64,000 nucleotides of DNA from Lama guanicoe (lineage: Eukaryota): assembly GCA_013239625.1 (NCBI GenBank), contig MU054187.1, positions 6,707,757 to 6,771,756 of the forward strand, written 5' to 3'. The position numbers and the translations under genes are program-made. This document shows, piece by piece, positions 50,491 through 64,000 of the stretch. The notes beneath the pieces were generated by a model. It was not told where the DNA came from, searched no databases, and worked only from the letters and a program-made list of their open reading frames with translations. The stretch's first letter is position 1, and every line of letters starts with the position of its first letter.

Positions 50491-52079
50491 TAGTCATTTG
50501 AACATGCTCAGTACTTTTATGAACAGAAACCCTTCTTACTTCCTCCCTATCTCCACCACTTCACAACCAAACTGCTTGGCACAGTTGCCCATACTTGCTG
50601 TCTCCTTCACTATGTGTTCGTCCCTAATTCAATTTTGCTTTCTGCTTCTAGCATTCTGAGTTCCATAACCTCCTTGTACCTAAAATCAAGGCCACTTCAT
50701 CCCGGTGTGGACACCTGTGGCTGTTGCTCAACTGTGAAACACTAGATTTCTCTGGCTTCGCAAATGTTCCTGCTCATGGTTTTGCTTCTTCCTCTCACTG
50801 CTCCCCAATTCTTTCAGGGTTTCCTTCTCTCCATCTGCTCTTTGGTTGGGGGGGGGTGTCCTTCACCATTCCAGCCTCCTCTGATGGCTTCTCTCATGAA
50901 TTTCATCTATTGCCATCCGTTCCCACTGTCCTCACCTGAAGGGTGACCCAAGCAAGCGTCCCCGAAGCTGCAGACCAACCTGAACATCTGCATTGCTTAA
51001 AAAAAAAGAAAGAAAGAAGAAAGAAAACTTTGCTTTGCTTTTCCTTTCTATATGCTCCTAAAATAAGGATGTGCACCCAGTTAATATTTACATAAAGAAC
51101 GTTAAATGTCTCAATACAATGATTGGCCCTTAAAATTTGACTAGGGGAACACTGATTCTTTTCAAGTGTATGTTCTTAGCAGCCCCACTCAAACAGCTCC
51201 TTGAAGTTCGTAATCTTATAACGAAAGAGTATCACTGCCCTCTTCTTCTGAAACCCATGGGCTGCTGGCCCCAGACAGCTCAGGGGAGGGCGCTGCACTG
51301 TGCTGGTGTACAGAAGAAAGCCTTTCATGTGCACGTGTTAAGGCACTACAGTCATCAGTTTCCGGTTTCTATGAAGTGCTGATTTCCCCCCAACAACAGG
51401 TCAACCTTGGAGGAAGGATGGGAGAGAAACACCAGGAAAAAACTACAAAACTGCAGGGGTGGGGAAGAAATGGGGCGGTGTGTGGGTGGGGAGTGGTTCG
51501 GGCGGGCAGTAGGAGGTGGGGTGATGCTGATGTGGTGGGAGGAGAATGGAGGAAGGACGCTGCAGAGTTCTACTGTTGCTCTTCCTGCTGCTGCCTTGGG
51601 CCACACAGTGCCTGCCTGGCCACCTGTAGAAACCTAGCATTATGGTTCAAGGGTCTTTTGGAGGAAAATCTGGGCAGCATGGATGTCTTGTGCCTAAGAA
51701 TTGAGAAGAACAAGCGGGGACTGACTGTGGGCAGTGCTCTCCCCATCCTTGTCCCTCCAAAGCCACCAGATAGGAATGATCATCTGGAGAGTGTCCCAGG
51801 CCCTGCGCAGCTTGGAGTGGGTGGGATTGGCAGAGTGAAGAAGCTGAGGAGGTGTGTGGAGGCAGGACGGCTGGTTGATTGATGTGGTTTGCGGTTGGGG
51901 CTCTCCCCCCCAGGGTGCATTCATTACCCCTCCTCTGAGCTCACTAAGTTCATACTCTCTGGGGTCTTGTCTGATGCATTGCCCTATAGGTTCAGGACCA
52001 ACAGGAACTCATCCAACAAGATACTAAGACTCAAGAGGAGCATTGCAAAGAAAAACATACTGTTACATTCTGCATAAGA

Positions 52080-54500
52080 GGTAGAACTCTTCAAACAGAT
52101 GAACCAAAAATTTAAATGTGGCGTGATAAGCATGGAAATTGAGATAAGAAAAGATATTAGCAATAAGAACAAGAAAAACAATGAGAACCAAGCAGAAATG
52201 TTTGGTATTTCCATATTTTTACTTTTAACAAAACACACAACAGTGTGAAGAGTACTGAAATGGATACCACCAAGGAATGAATTAATGAATTGGAACACCA
52301 GACTTGGAAAATCTCCCAGAAGGGAAGAAAGAGCAGAGAAATAAAAATATTATAAAATAAAAGTTATATGATATGGAAGATAAAAGTAGAATATCTAATT
52401 AAAAAAAAGTCCCAGAAAGATACCATATGACCCAGGAATCCTGCTCCTGGGCATAGATCCAGAAGGAACCCTACTTCAAAATGACACCTGCACCCCAATG
52501 TTCATAGCGGCACTATTTACAATAGCCAAGACATGGAAACAGCCTAACTGTCCACCAACAGATGACTGGATAAAGAAGATGTGGTATATTTATACAATGG
52601 AATACTATTCAGCCATAAAAACTGACAACGCCATTTGCAGCAACATGGATGTTCCTGGAGAACGTCATTTTAAGTGAAGTAAGCCAGAAAGAGGAAGAAA
52701 AATGCCATATGAGATTGCTCATATGTGGAATCTAAAAACAAACAAACAAACAAAAAACAAAACATAAATACAAATCAAAAACAGACTCATAGACATAGAA
52801 TACAAACTTGTGGTTGCCAAAGGGGCGGGGGTGGGAAGGGATAGATTGGGATTTCAAAATGTAGAATAGATAAACAAGATTATACTGTATAGCACAGGGA
52901 AATATACACAAGATCTTATGGTTGCTCACAGAGAAAAAAATGTGACAATGAATATATATATGTTCATGTATAACTGAAAAATTGTGCTCTGCGCTGGAAT
53001 TTGACACAACATTGTAAAATGATTATAGCTCAATAAAAAAATGTTAAAAAAAAGAGTCCCAGAAAGAGACAAAAATTAAAAATGGAGAATAAATATTTAA
53101 AGAAATATTTGAATAATAAACACATTTTAAAATTTTATTTTATTTATATACTTTTAAAGAATGAATAAATTTTGCAGAATTAATTTTAAAAAATAGGTCT
53201 TAGAATGGAAAGACACACAGAGAACTAAAGAGAAAAGGAAAACCAACCATAGATTATGGTGAAACTTAATCCCACCAAGGACAAAGAGGAAATTCCAAAA
53301 CCTATACATAGAGAGAAAAGAATACAAAAGAACATAAATCAGATTACTACAGAGAGTGGAGTAGTGTTTTAGAAGCATGGAAGCCAAAAACTTAGAACAC
53401 ATGAATTTTATATCCACACAAACTGTGGTTCAAACATGAAAGGCATGAGATAAGTAGTTTAAGGCATGTAAGTCTTTGGACATCTTGCCATGCAAAAATC
53501 CTCACTGAAAAGAGTTTTGTGAGCCGTGTTTAAAGACAAATCTAAGGGAGAAAGTTGCAAGAGATAGTGTGAAGAGAAGATCAAATACTTTGCTGCTGTT
53601 TGTCGTCTTTACAGGCTGCTACGACCAACCGCCAAAGATTTGCCTGGTATAGAACTGATGAGTGTTGGGAGACAGGTCCAGGGATGTGAGAACACTAAAA
53701 TTCTTGTCTTTGGGGTGATTAAAGCGAACCATAGAAAAAGTGAGAACAAGCTACTATGATAGACAAAGGTGGTAGAAAGCAGTATGTAACAGTTACTAAG
53801 TAAAAGCAAATAAACTAAGCATGCCAGTTGAAAAACAAATATCGACAGACGCTATTTACAAAAGACACACCTAAGCATACTGGATACAAAGGTTGAAGGC
53901 AAAGGATGTTAAAAACCTGTCGGGAAGGTATTAACTAAAGGAGAGTTGGTGTTTCATATTAATAGAGATTTTAGGATAAAGAAGTGAAGACTGTAACTGC
54001 ATAATGAGAAAATGTTCAAGTCATTTAACACCTAGTAAGACCTTCAAAATATGTGAGGCAAAAATTGACAAGAGTAGGAAGATATCGAGAAATTCACCAT
54101 TAAACTGAGAGGTTTCAATTCAGCTCTCCTAAGTGTTGAAGGCTAAGCAAACAAAAATGAGCAGTAAAAAGAAGACCTAAATAATAAAAATAATAGTTGG
54201 ACCTAGTAGACTTTTAGGAGTTCTGCTTCTACCAAGTATAGAATACAAATTTCCTCTGCAAACATAAAACATAAAAATTGATCACATTCTCAGCCATAAA
54301 GTCTCAAAAATTTCAACACAGAAATATTATATTGCCTATGATCTTTGATCATAATTCAACTGAGGTAGAAATTAATAACAAAAAAGTTAAATTAAAACTC
54401 AAATGTTGAAAATTTTAAAAAAACACTGTTGAATAACACATGAATTAGAGGGAGTCATAATGAAAAATTTTAAATACCTAGAATTAACTGATAATAATAT
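52080..54500 (+). mobile_element. Ancient L1M remnant (ORF1 to ORF2-endonuclease region), interrupted by a young L1
   Basis: A-rich strand with L1-like motifs: ctaatt..agtcccagaaagagac..aatggag..aatatttaaagaaata, tatttacaaaagacacaccta, aaaattgatcacattctcagccataaa, tagaaattaataacaaaaa. No intact ORF. Confidence 0.6.
52421..53054 (+). mobile_element. 5'-truncated, relatively young L1 with TSD
   Basis: taccatatgacccaggaatcctgctcctgggcata...tgcaccccaatgttcatagcggcactatttacaatagccaagacatggaaacagcct...caataaaaaa plus A-tail. 13-bp TSD agtcccagaaaga at 52408-52420 and 53055-53067. Confidence 0.93.
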
Positions 54501-54528
54501 ATATTTATTATTATTTTTTTAAAGAAGA

Positions 54529-54991
54529 GTATAGTGTTTAATATTATGTGTCAACTTAGCTGGGCAAAGGGATAGACAGATAGCTGGTAAAAACATTTCT
54601 GGATGTGTCTATGAGGAAATTTCCAGAAGAGATCAACATTTGAATGGTAGACTGTAAAGAAGGTCTGTCCTCACCAACGTGGGTGGGCTTCATCCAATCT
54701 GTTGCAGAGTTGAACAAAAAGATGGAGAGAAAGGGCAAATTCTCCTTTTTTTCTTGAGCCGAGATATCTAGCCTCTCCTATCCTTGGACACTGGAGCTCC
54801 TGGTTCTCGGGCCTTTGGACTCTAGGACTTAGACCAGTACCTCCCCCGCTGGTTTTCCTGGCTCTCAGGCTTGCATACAGCAGACTGTGAGACTTGTCTC
54901 CATAACTGTGTGGGCAAATTCCTGTAATAAACCTCCTCTCATCTACCTATCTGTCTCCTATTAGTTCTGATTCTCTGGAGAACTCCAATAC
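54529..54991 (+). mobile_element. MLT2-like (ERVL) solo LTR
   Basis: taatattatgtgtcaacttagctggg...tttccagaagagatcaacatttgaat...cctcaccaacgtgggtggg..catccaatctgttg...taataaacctcctc...ttctctggagaac. Confidence 0.85.
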
Positions 54992-55175
54992 CCACAGTTT
55001 AAGATTTACAGACATAATGGGAAGATAGAGAGAAATCCCATATATCCCAAAGCCATTTCCCCTAATTATAAACTTCTTACATTAGTATGGGACATTTGTC
55101 TCAATTAATAAATCAATTAATATATCGTCATTAGTATTATTATCTAAATTTCATCCTTTATTTATTCAGATTTTC
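54992..55175 (-). mobile_element. L1MC-like 3' end, minus strand
   Basis: cagtttaagatttacaga...tcccatatatccc...attagtatgggacatttgtctcaattaat. Confidence 0.65.
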
Positions 55176-55614
55176 TGTTTTGTGTGTGTGTGTGTGTGTA
55201 TATGTGTGTTGAGGGTGACTAGGGTTCTGGTTGTGATCCCAGGACAATGTTACCATGTTCTGTTGCTATTGGCAAATGATTTTAATATATACTTATCTAC
55301 TCAGTTCAACAAACACTTCTTAATTATCTGCTATGTGCTCTGGATAAAGTTAGATGCCAGCATTATAAATCCAAATATCATATAATAATTGATTCTTTGG
55401 GGAGCTGGCCATTCAGTGGAAGGAACAAACATAAAAAGGTGATGTCAATATACTGTGGTATGTTACAGAGTTTTTGATGGAAGGAGATACATTTTCTTTA
55501 AAATAATGAATTTTAGTCTTTAAAAACTATATTTCTGTTCATGTTTTTTAACTTAGTGACTAAAGTTAACACTTTTTCCCTGCATATAACTCTTTTTTTT
55601 CCCTCCAAAGCATT

Positions 55615-56025
55615 CCTTCAAGCCACGTGGTTCTAGTGGTTAACCACCAATCACAGTTTGCCATCTCGCTGTGTGATTGGATGAGAGATTAGCACATGAC
55701 CAAAGTTAGGCCAATCAGAATTCTCCCCTGGGGGAGACTTTTCACAGTTGATCTAGAAAAAAAATACTCCTCTTTCCTGGTCCCAGAATTATTAAGATAT
55801 GTGTTGTGAGAGCCATGTCCCCTGTCATGTGAAGAACTTAAGGAACTTCAGAGAACTTGCAGAGAGAACCAGAAGGAGAGACAGAGATACCTACCTGATG
55901 GATTGTTAGTCTTCTGTTCGTACCATACCTAAAATCATGTGAGCCGAAAAAAACCCCCTCTTCTGTTTAAATTGATTTGAGCTAGGTTTATGCCATTTTC
56001 AATCAAAAGAGTCCCAAATAATTCA
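55615..56025 (+). mobile_element. MLT1-like (MaLR) LTR
   Basis: agcacatgaccaaagttaggccaatcaga...catgtgagcc...tttgagctaggttt..ccattttcaatcaaaagagtcc. Confidence 0.65.
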
Positions 56026-56809
56026 GTGATGTAATCTATATATGGCATAATTTTTTAGGGCAGTATTCCTCAGGAATACAATTATTTCTAATTTTTGAAG
56101 TAAAAGCAAAATGAAAATAAAGTTCTACTTTAAATATGAAAAAGAGTGAATATTAATGACATAAATAAGCATATCAAGGCAAAAAGCACAGCATTAGAAT
56201 TCGTTTAAAGTCTATTTCAAAATCAGAAGATCCTACAAAAACAATATATGAGAAAGCAAGATGTGTAAATTAGTCTCTTAGATTTTAAAAGTGGGAATTT
56301 TGTTTGAAGTGAAGTGTGAGGCTTACTGCTCTTGTCTCCAAGGGCTAGATTCTGTTTTTATAGTGTTCAGAAGTGATTCCATTCCAAAGGTTGGTGCTTT
56401 TAAAAATGCTATTATGATAGCTGAAGCAAAACAGATGTACATTTTAAACTTGCAATCCCTCACCCTGAATTAATTGTGCTAGCCATGTGTTAAATCTTCT
56501 GGGCGGGGGGGGAGTGGGAGGAGCAATTTATTTTTATTCAGTCTCTTTAAGCAAAAAAACAAAAACAAAACAATTCACTCATTTCTCCCACCCATACCTC
56601 TGGCAACCATATTAGCCCCTTATCAGAGAAATGATTTACAAATATTTTCTCCTGTTCAGTGGGTTGCCTTCTCATTCTGTTGATCGTTTCCTTCTTTGGC
56701 TTTGCAGAAGCTTTTTAGTTTACTGTAGTCCTAACCAGCCTACTTCTATGTGATCACTAACATTTAATTTTTAAATTTTGTTTATGTTGAAATTTTTCCC
56801 TAACTTAGG

Positions 56810-56899
56810 CTCACTATGTAAAATACAGGACTTCTGATTAAATTTGAATTTCAAAATACAGGAGTTCTATATTTTTGTTTGCTAAGTCTGTCAGCCCTA
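56810..56899. mobile_element. MER53-like palindromic MITE remnant
   Basis: aaaatacaggac..ttaaatttgaatttca...atttttgtttgctaagtctgtcagcccta. Confidence 0.55.
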
Positions 56900-58084
56900 C
56901 TCTATTTTTCTAATAATGAAAAAAAGAATAGCTGGCTTTTAGAAATACCTAGGTAGGGTGAATAGCTTCTGCACACACAAAAACATCAGTCACCTTTAAT
57001 TCCATATGGAATTCAGCTCTACCCTGGAAATGCTAGATTCAACAGTCAATTTAACACCAAAGATGTGGATCTTAGAGTAGATTAGGAGACATTCAACATT
57101 CATCTTTTTATCTAATTGTCTTTAACATTCTGAATTTGGGGGGGTCTTTTTGTTAAGTCCCCAAAGGATTTTTACAAACATTATTGGATGGAAGCAGGTC
57201 TGGCTATAATATAAAATTTGCCCAAGTTCACACAATTTCCAAAAAGTTTATCCAAGACTGAATGTAAGTTTCTCTTCCACTTGATCAGTTTAGTAGCCAA
57301 CTGACATTGGAATAATTAGATCATCTTAGGGGTCCACTCAACCCAAACGAATCCAGAGTCATCTCCAGTGGCCCCTTTCTAGGGGTTGTGTACCCTATGC
57401 TGGGCTGTGTGTTGGTCCTAACAGCTGCTTCTCAGAGACAGGAACCATGTGTAGCTTGCTTGCTTGCTTTCTTTCTCTCATTTATTATTATTATTACTTA
57501 ACAAACATGTACTGTACAATGTTTTGAAAGGAACCTGGAAGCCTGACATTTTTTTATTTAGCAGATCTTGGGCAAAAAGCAAAGAGGACAGAAGGGGAGT
57601 GCGCTGGGGAGTAAATTTCCATTCATGCCCAGAGGAACAGCAGAGAACTCAGGTCAGGCGGAGGTCAGGAGGTGTGGTGTGCTCCTTGGAACTGACACAG
57701 GATACAGAAACTGCTGCTTATGGTCTGTCAGTTTGTATTAAGTTTCAGAGAGAAAAATAAAGACTACTTTGATCTCTTCCTGGTCATGCATGATAATAGG
57801 GCTCAAAATCCTTGTCCTAGTTTGGGGCTACACCAGCTCCCAGATCACATGGGTCATATGCACAAACAAGGGTGATCATCGCCACTGGTCACGTGAAATA
57901 GTTCAGAACAAAACAACCTATATTGGACACATAGCTGGGTAATTAAAGATTTTCAGAAAAGCTTCGGTACTTTCCAAAGTTCAGATGTGTATAAAACTGA
58001 CAATTTAAAGTTAAAATCCCTTGAATTTAAAATATTTGTTACTATTTCAGAAGACCAGTCTGTACAGAAGCATTTTAAGGTAAT

Positions 58085-58225
58085 CATTGCATTTAACCCT
58101 CACTACCGCACTAGAGGTGCAAATGATTGTCCTCATTTTACAGCTGTGGTAGCTGAGGCTCTGCGAGATTACGTGACTTGCTCCATTTCATGCAGCTAAT
58201 AATGGAAGGTTAGTGTTCAAACAAG
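58085..58225 (-). mobile_element. MIR SINE
   Basis: catttaaccctcac...cctcattttacagctgtggtagctgaggctctg..agattacgtgacttgc. Confidence 0.75.
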
Positions 58226-58278
58226 AACTTATAACCATTCTATATTGCCTATGAAGTTTGTATTTAAAAAAATTTTTT

Positions 58279-58906
58279 AAACTAAAAATAGACTTACCGC
58301 ATGATCCAGCAATCCCACTTTTGGGCATATATCCAGAGAAAACTGTAATTCAAAAAGACATATGCTCGATGTTCATAGTAGCACTATTTACAATTGCCAA
58401 GACATGGAAACAACTTAAATGTCCATCTACAGATGACTGGATAAAGATGTAATATACATATATAATGGAATATTACTCAGCCATAAAAAGAGTGAAATAA
58501 TACCATTTTCAGCAACATTTGGTTCTAGAGATTAAATGAAGTAAGTCAGAAAGAGAAAGACAAATATCATATAATATCACTTACATGTGAAATCTAAAAA
58601 AAATGATAAAATTCTGTTTACAAACTAAAAATGGACTCATGGATGTAGCAAACAAACTATGGTTACCAAAGGGCAGGGAGAGGTGTGGGAAGGGATAAAT
58701 TAGGAGTTTGGGATTAACAGATACACATTATATGTAAAATAGATAAACAACAAGGACCTACTGTATTGAACAGGGAACTATATTCAATTTCTTGTAAAAA
58801 CACATAATAGAAAAGAATCTGAAGAGAAAAAAATGTATATATCTATACGTGTGTGTAACTGAATTGCTTTGCCTTACACCTGAAACTAACACTGTAAGTC
58901 AACTAC
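58279..58906 (+). mobile_element. L1 3' end (ORF2 C-terminal remnant plus 3' UTR)
   Basis: ORF-track peptide KLKIDLPHDPAIPLLGIYPEKT...MFIVALFTIAKTWKQLKCPSTDDWIKM is the L1 ORF2p C-terminus; 3' UTR shared with 15381-15785. Confidence 0.93.
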
Positions 58907-61900
58907 GAGATCTCACGGCTGCTAAGGACAGGTGTCCCTGTTTGCAAGTCCCAAGTTAGCTTCAGCTGGAATCCTCTTATGCCACATGGAAGACACAGGA
59001 TGAAGTGGAGGTGGTTTTGGTGTTGTCCCCTTAGTGCCGGTTCCAGCTTTCTGCATGGTTCCCTAATGATATTCTTAGTGTCTTTAAAATCCTTAAAAAT
59101 TAATTTCCTTAATTTTTTAATGTACAGAGACTCCTCATATTCAGCATCTCATTTAATCTCACCAAAACCATGTGCACATAAATAACTTCTCCCTTTTTAA
59201 AACGAGCAATTTCAGCGAGGTTGAGTAACTCGTGTTTGGTCACTGGGTACGCTGGAAAAACAGGTCCTCAAAAGTAGGCCCTGCCGGGGAGGGTAAACAT
59301 CCCTCCTACCTGCCTTAGGTTCTCCAGCTGGGCGCCCGTCGATGACACTGGCCAGAGACAGGTTAGTAAGAGACTGACGGAAGTTTGCTTGCATGCATTT
59401 ACATATGGGAACACCCAGAGGTGAGTAGCTCAAAGCAGGGAGGAGTTGGAACCTGGGTTTCTGTATCAGCTTGGGTCAAAACAAAAGAAAAGGCACTTGG
59501 GACATCTGAGCAGAGAAGGTGAGGCTCTGGGGAGGGGACCAGGAGAAGCATGGGGAACGAGGCCTGTTTGGTGGCGTTGGTTCTACCTTTCTCAGCACAC
59601 CGTATCGATTTCTTCTTAACATGATCATAAAGGATCACAGGTCCTTTTAGCAGTTTGCGATGTTTCTGTGGATATTATTTCCTTTTTGGATTGCTTTAAA
59701 ATAATACATTTATGAGACATTAGTTCTGAAAGGCATGTCAGTGATTTTCCCCTACTGAATCCCTCCCCTTCTTGATGGGAAAACAGGATCCAAGAAATTA
59801 AGGGGCTCGGCAGCAGCTACAAGTGAATAAATGGCGGCGCTATTCTTGTGTCTGGGCTTTGCCTCAAATCGGGTCCTCCCGCCGCTGCACCAGGAACCAG
59901 ATGCTAACCACATCCAAACAAACCCCATTTAATTCCACATGGTATTACATGTGATCTGTTGTTAAAATGGGTTATTATCCAACAAAAATGCTTATTCTCA
60001 ATAAAACGCCTTAAAAGGAAACATCTGTTCCAGAAAAGGCTGTTTCTCTCTGCATGTATCAAGCAGCTTCTGGTGGCGTTCTTGGGTCTCTGGTGATTCA
60101 AGCTGGAGTCCAGGAGCTGGAGACAATAGAGAATTCCAAAACTCACATCGTCTGTGGCTGCTAAAGACCTGAACTTCCTCATCATCTAAGATTCTGTCAA
60201 CCGTTTGTATGTTCTTGACTAAGATATTTGTGTGTGATGGCCCAGTCCAGCTGGAGAAACCTAAAAACCCTGATGGGCTGGGAATGCTGGAATGTCCTTG
60301 TGTTGCTGACTAACTGTAGTCAGCAGGCAGATTTTCTAGTTCTCTGATGGCAATGCCAGCCTAGAAGGTCACGGAGAGGCATTAGCAATGGAAAGATACA
60401 CAAATATGAATTTCAAAACAAATAAAATAGATGGAGCAGCTTGACAACTGTGTGTTCTGAAACATATAAAAAGGGCTTCTCATATGCGTGAGTGATTGGA
60501 GCAGAGTTTGTGTCATTTTTAACCACATGGAGGAATCTCTCCCATGAGAATTTAATCCATTCCTACAGAGCTATCATCTTTTTATGATAACCTAGTGAGA
60601 GATTAGGAAGTGCGGGCTAATGGCAATCTGCTTGCCTTGGTTTATAAATTACACACAAATAATCAAAAACAATTTTTTCCTTTGAGTCAGCTAGTTGGTT
60701 GGAAGAAGGAGATAAAGTTCATGCATCTGTTCCTCCTCTTCCTAGTTCTGTAACTTTAAGTATGTTGTTTAATATTTCTGAGCCTCCATTTTCTAATCTG
60801 TAAAATGGAATTTCCTATTTTCTCACACGATTGTTCAGGAAATATATTTTTCAATGCTTTCTAAATGGCCATATATTTTTTAAAATAACATTTATATAAA
60901 AGTTGCTCAGATCATTGAGGAAAGTTTTCACCAAGCTAGTTTCAAGGTGGGAACATTCTTATCTCCCTAAAGTAAATATGGTAAATGTGAAATTTTGTGT
61001 GTGTGTGCATTTAACCCATCTTTTGCTAGGCAAACTTTTAGTATTTTAAGTATCTTCGTAACTGAGGTAGTCTATTAATGGTGGAGTGGAAAAATAAATG
61101 AGATCCTTGGTCAGATGCTTAAAAAATGTGGAGTGGCTGACTTCACACTTTTGAAAATAATTTTGGGGAAGCTATTCTGCAAAGAGAAGGCCAAGGAGCT
61201 CTCTGATGATGCCAGGCCAGGAGAGAGTGCTTCTAGGCAGTTAGAACCTTCTTTCTTCTTTGTCTTTAAAATAAACATGAAGAGTGTGAGTGGCCACTGT
61301 TAAGACTGGACCTGATTCCCTGAGTGCAGCCTGACATGGTCTGGTTTAAGTAGTTGGTCCAAATGGGGAGGCTCCCTCCCTCGATCCCTCCTTCATGTGT
61401 CCCTCCCTCCCTCCCTTTCTCCCTCCTTCCTTCCTTCCACTGGCATGATCATCTGCTCTGTGTAATGCTACTACAGCCTGGGGACACGATAAGAAAAAAG
61501 AAGCATAAAACATCCTCATGGAACTCACATTCTAACAGAAGGACAGACATTAGCTATTCATCTTACTGGTAAAACCAGTGAGTACTCTGCTTTTGAAGCT
61601 TACTGTTCCCGTTGACACAATATTGTGACTACAAAGATTTAGAAAGTCTTTATCGGAATGAGTCAAAAATGTTCTTTATCTTCTCTGTCTGTATTGTCCA
61701 AAAAGCTGACTTACTAGCTGACTTCTCTGATTGTTGGAGTGGGGTCTGCTCTAATCCATCATTGTAAGCTTGCAATTCTGCCTCTACTGGACAGGCTTAA
61801 TTCATAAAAGCCTTCACAAATTCCTCACTGTAATTATTTTTTTGTTTGTTTTGAATATTTATAGGGAAGTAAAGCAACCAAAATTGCATATCAAACCAGC

Positions 61901-62479
61901 CGTCTGAAGTACGTAAGTGCTTAATTAATATAATACTTATAATTACTTTCCTCCATTAAAAACTGGCATTTGAATATTTGAGTGTATGGTTTAAAACCCC
62001 TATGTTTTAATAAAGTACTTCAGTCCTACAAATTTAGTACACTAATGTTTTATATGTTTCCTTCTACCCAACCATAATTATAGGTTTATATGCTTCTGAG
62101 CTCAGAAATCCATTTTCCCTCTAGTATTTGTTAAATGTTGCTGGAGAATGAATTGGAAGGGCATGGGTTTCTGAGATGGGTGGGTCCTCCAAGGGGACCC
62201 TGAGCCTCCATTTGAATAAGCAAAGGAAGGGGCTGAGAAGGATGCGGGGCAAGTACTTTGCTGTTACTACCTCTGGGGAGTGGAACGGAGGTAGGAAACA
62301 CTACCTACTTGACTTAATTTTTTTAATTGGTGGGTTTACAATTTGTTTTTTACTTGCGTGTGTGTTAATAATGATTTTTAAGCAATCTGCCCCTCTTCCC
62401 ACTCCACAGATGGTAACAAGTCTTTCCTTCGCTTTCCCTGCATCACTAGCTATCGCGGGCGCCTGGCTCTTTGAGGCTT

Positions 62480-63600
62480 CAACCCTGACCTCTCTGTAGG
62501 TGCCTCCCAAGCCTGCCTCTTTCGGTTTCTTTCTCCTGAGTCTCCCTATGTTTACACCAGACATTTTGATCCAGGTAACCCACAGTCACCTTGAATACAA
62601 TACACCCCTAAGCCCAGCATTCCTTCAGTCAGAACTTGGTTTATCGCCCACATTTATTTATTTATTTATTTGCTAATAGTGTCACCATCCTTTTATTCAC
62701 TCGAATTTAAAACATTTTCCAGGTCGTATTAACGCTGGATTGCTCTGGCCAGACTACCCAACGTCAAGTAACATTGGTCCAATTCTGTTCCTTTTCCCAT
62801 AAAACCTGTTCTGTGTTTCAGACCCTCACTGCTGTCTGCTTGGCGCAGTTCTCTGCTCTTCTGCCTCCTCACACAGCCCAATCTGCAATCTGTCCTCCGC
62901 ACCACAGCCCGGGAGCCACCCTCTCCCGCGGTGTGATCATTTCAACCATCTCCCCTCCTGGTCTCCAGCTCAGAAACTTCTCTTCTTCTCCAGGAGGAGA
63001 GCAACCAGGGCAGAAGGTGCTGAGTTTGGTCTGGGGTAAAATATGATGCTTCAGGGAAGAAAACAGGCTCTGAACTCCTACTTTCTGGGTATGAACATTA
63101 GCCGTGTCCCTTCCCATCTGGAGAAATGCAGACGAGTTTCTTAATCCTCCTGTGTTCTAATGTCCTCATTTTAACAACATGATAAAATCATACCTGCCTC
63201 ATAGGATTGTGCTGAGGATTAAATGACATGCTGTAAACAGAAAGTCGCGGTTTCCGGCAGGTTTTAGCTGTTAAGAGTAATTTCCTTCGTGCACACTGGC
63301 TTCTTCCAAGCTGATTTTATTTCTTGAAGGCTGTACCTTCCATACTTTTCCATCTTTGTTGCTTTGCTTTTTCTGGCTTTTCTTTCCCTCATTCCTACGT
63401 ATCTTTGCACATCCAAGTCATACTTCTCAGGGTCCACCTCAACTGCCACTTCTTCCAGGAAGCCCTCTGGATTGCCCTCTGGTCCCGTGATCTGTCTCCT
63501 CAGCTCCTACCACCCTTCATTTATAGAAGGTTGTCCCTTTTAGAACAAACCATTTTCAACCTTGTGTTCTGATTTCTTCTACATAGGCCTCGCCCTGGCA
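62480..63600 (+). mobile_element. Mixed L2 fragments with a MIR fragment (~63155-63250)
   Basis: gtcaccttgaatacaa, aatagtgtcaccatcc, ccacttcttccaggaagccctc (L2); cctgcctcataggattgtgctgaggattaaatga (MIR). Confidence 0.55.
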
Positions 63601-64000
63601 ATAATGGTTCCTATCTCTATGACTTTTATTCATATACTAGCCCAATTCTTGAGAGAATTCTGAGGTTACACTGTAAATATTATAGGTAGCTGCTGCTTTT
63701 AATTTTTATGCATTTGGATTTGGAGTTGGGAATACAGTTGATTTCTTTGTGTTTAATAAATCACACTTGCATCCATAGAGACATGGGTTTATTTGTAGTT
63801 TATTTGTTCAGTAGTAATTAATTATATCAACAAATCTATTGCATTGTCTCCTTCCTGCTCCTTGGGGAAAATTATTCAGCGGTAAACAAGAATACTTGAA
63901 ATCAATACTGCTTTCTAGTTCTAAAAGAAAATGTACGTTTTTAAAACTGAGTAAGAATAGGTCTCTTTTTTTACACACACACACACAGGGCATTCTTCTT

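Noticed and set aside
49479..51924. ORFs of 134-168 aa in the upstream region
   Set aside because: Compositionally biased sequence overlapping L2/MER5-like remnants; no protein similarity recognised.
58258..58452. 64-aa ORF with a recognisable peptide
   Set aside because: Truncated L1 ORF2p C-terminus, not a host gene.

Overview
Mammalian genomic DNA, almost certainly from a camelid (alpaca/llama/camel), judged from four copies of a tRNA-derived SINE resembling the camelid vic-1 family. The only gene I can support is the 5' end of ASPH (aspartate beta-hydroxylase/junctin/junctate locus) on the minus strand. It comprises CpG-island promoter P1 with coding exon 1 (ATG at 33444), the alternative first exon 1a with its MEF2-containing P2 promoter (ATG at 6962, MAEGK, too short for the ORF track) and the shared 150-nt transmembrane exon 2 (1421-1570). 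The gene continues beyond the left edge. The ~30 kb upstream (34.1-64 kb) is intergenic and mostly fossil L1, L2, MIR, LTR and DNA-transposon sequence. I found no convincing novel biological system. The best second-look items are: a hairpin on the opposite strand in P1 that resembles human MIR4470; a minimal uORF and a candidate 132-nt intron in the exon 1a leader; an expanded Gly/Ser triplet tract in exon 1; and a promoter-like motif cluster ~7 kb upstream. Repeat family names and comparisons to human are from memory of consensus sequences, not from searches, and repeat boundaries are approximate unless TSDs are given.
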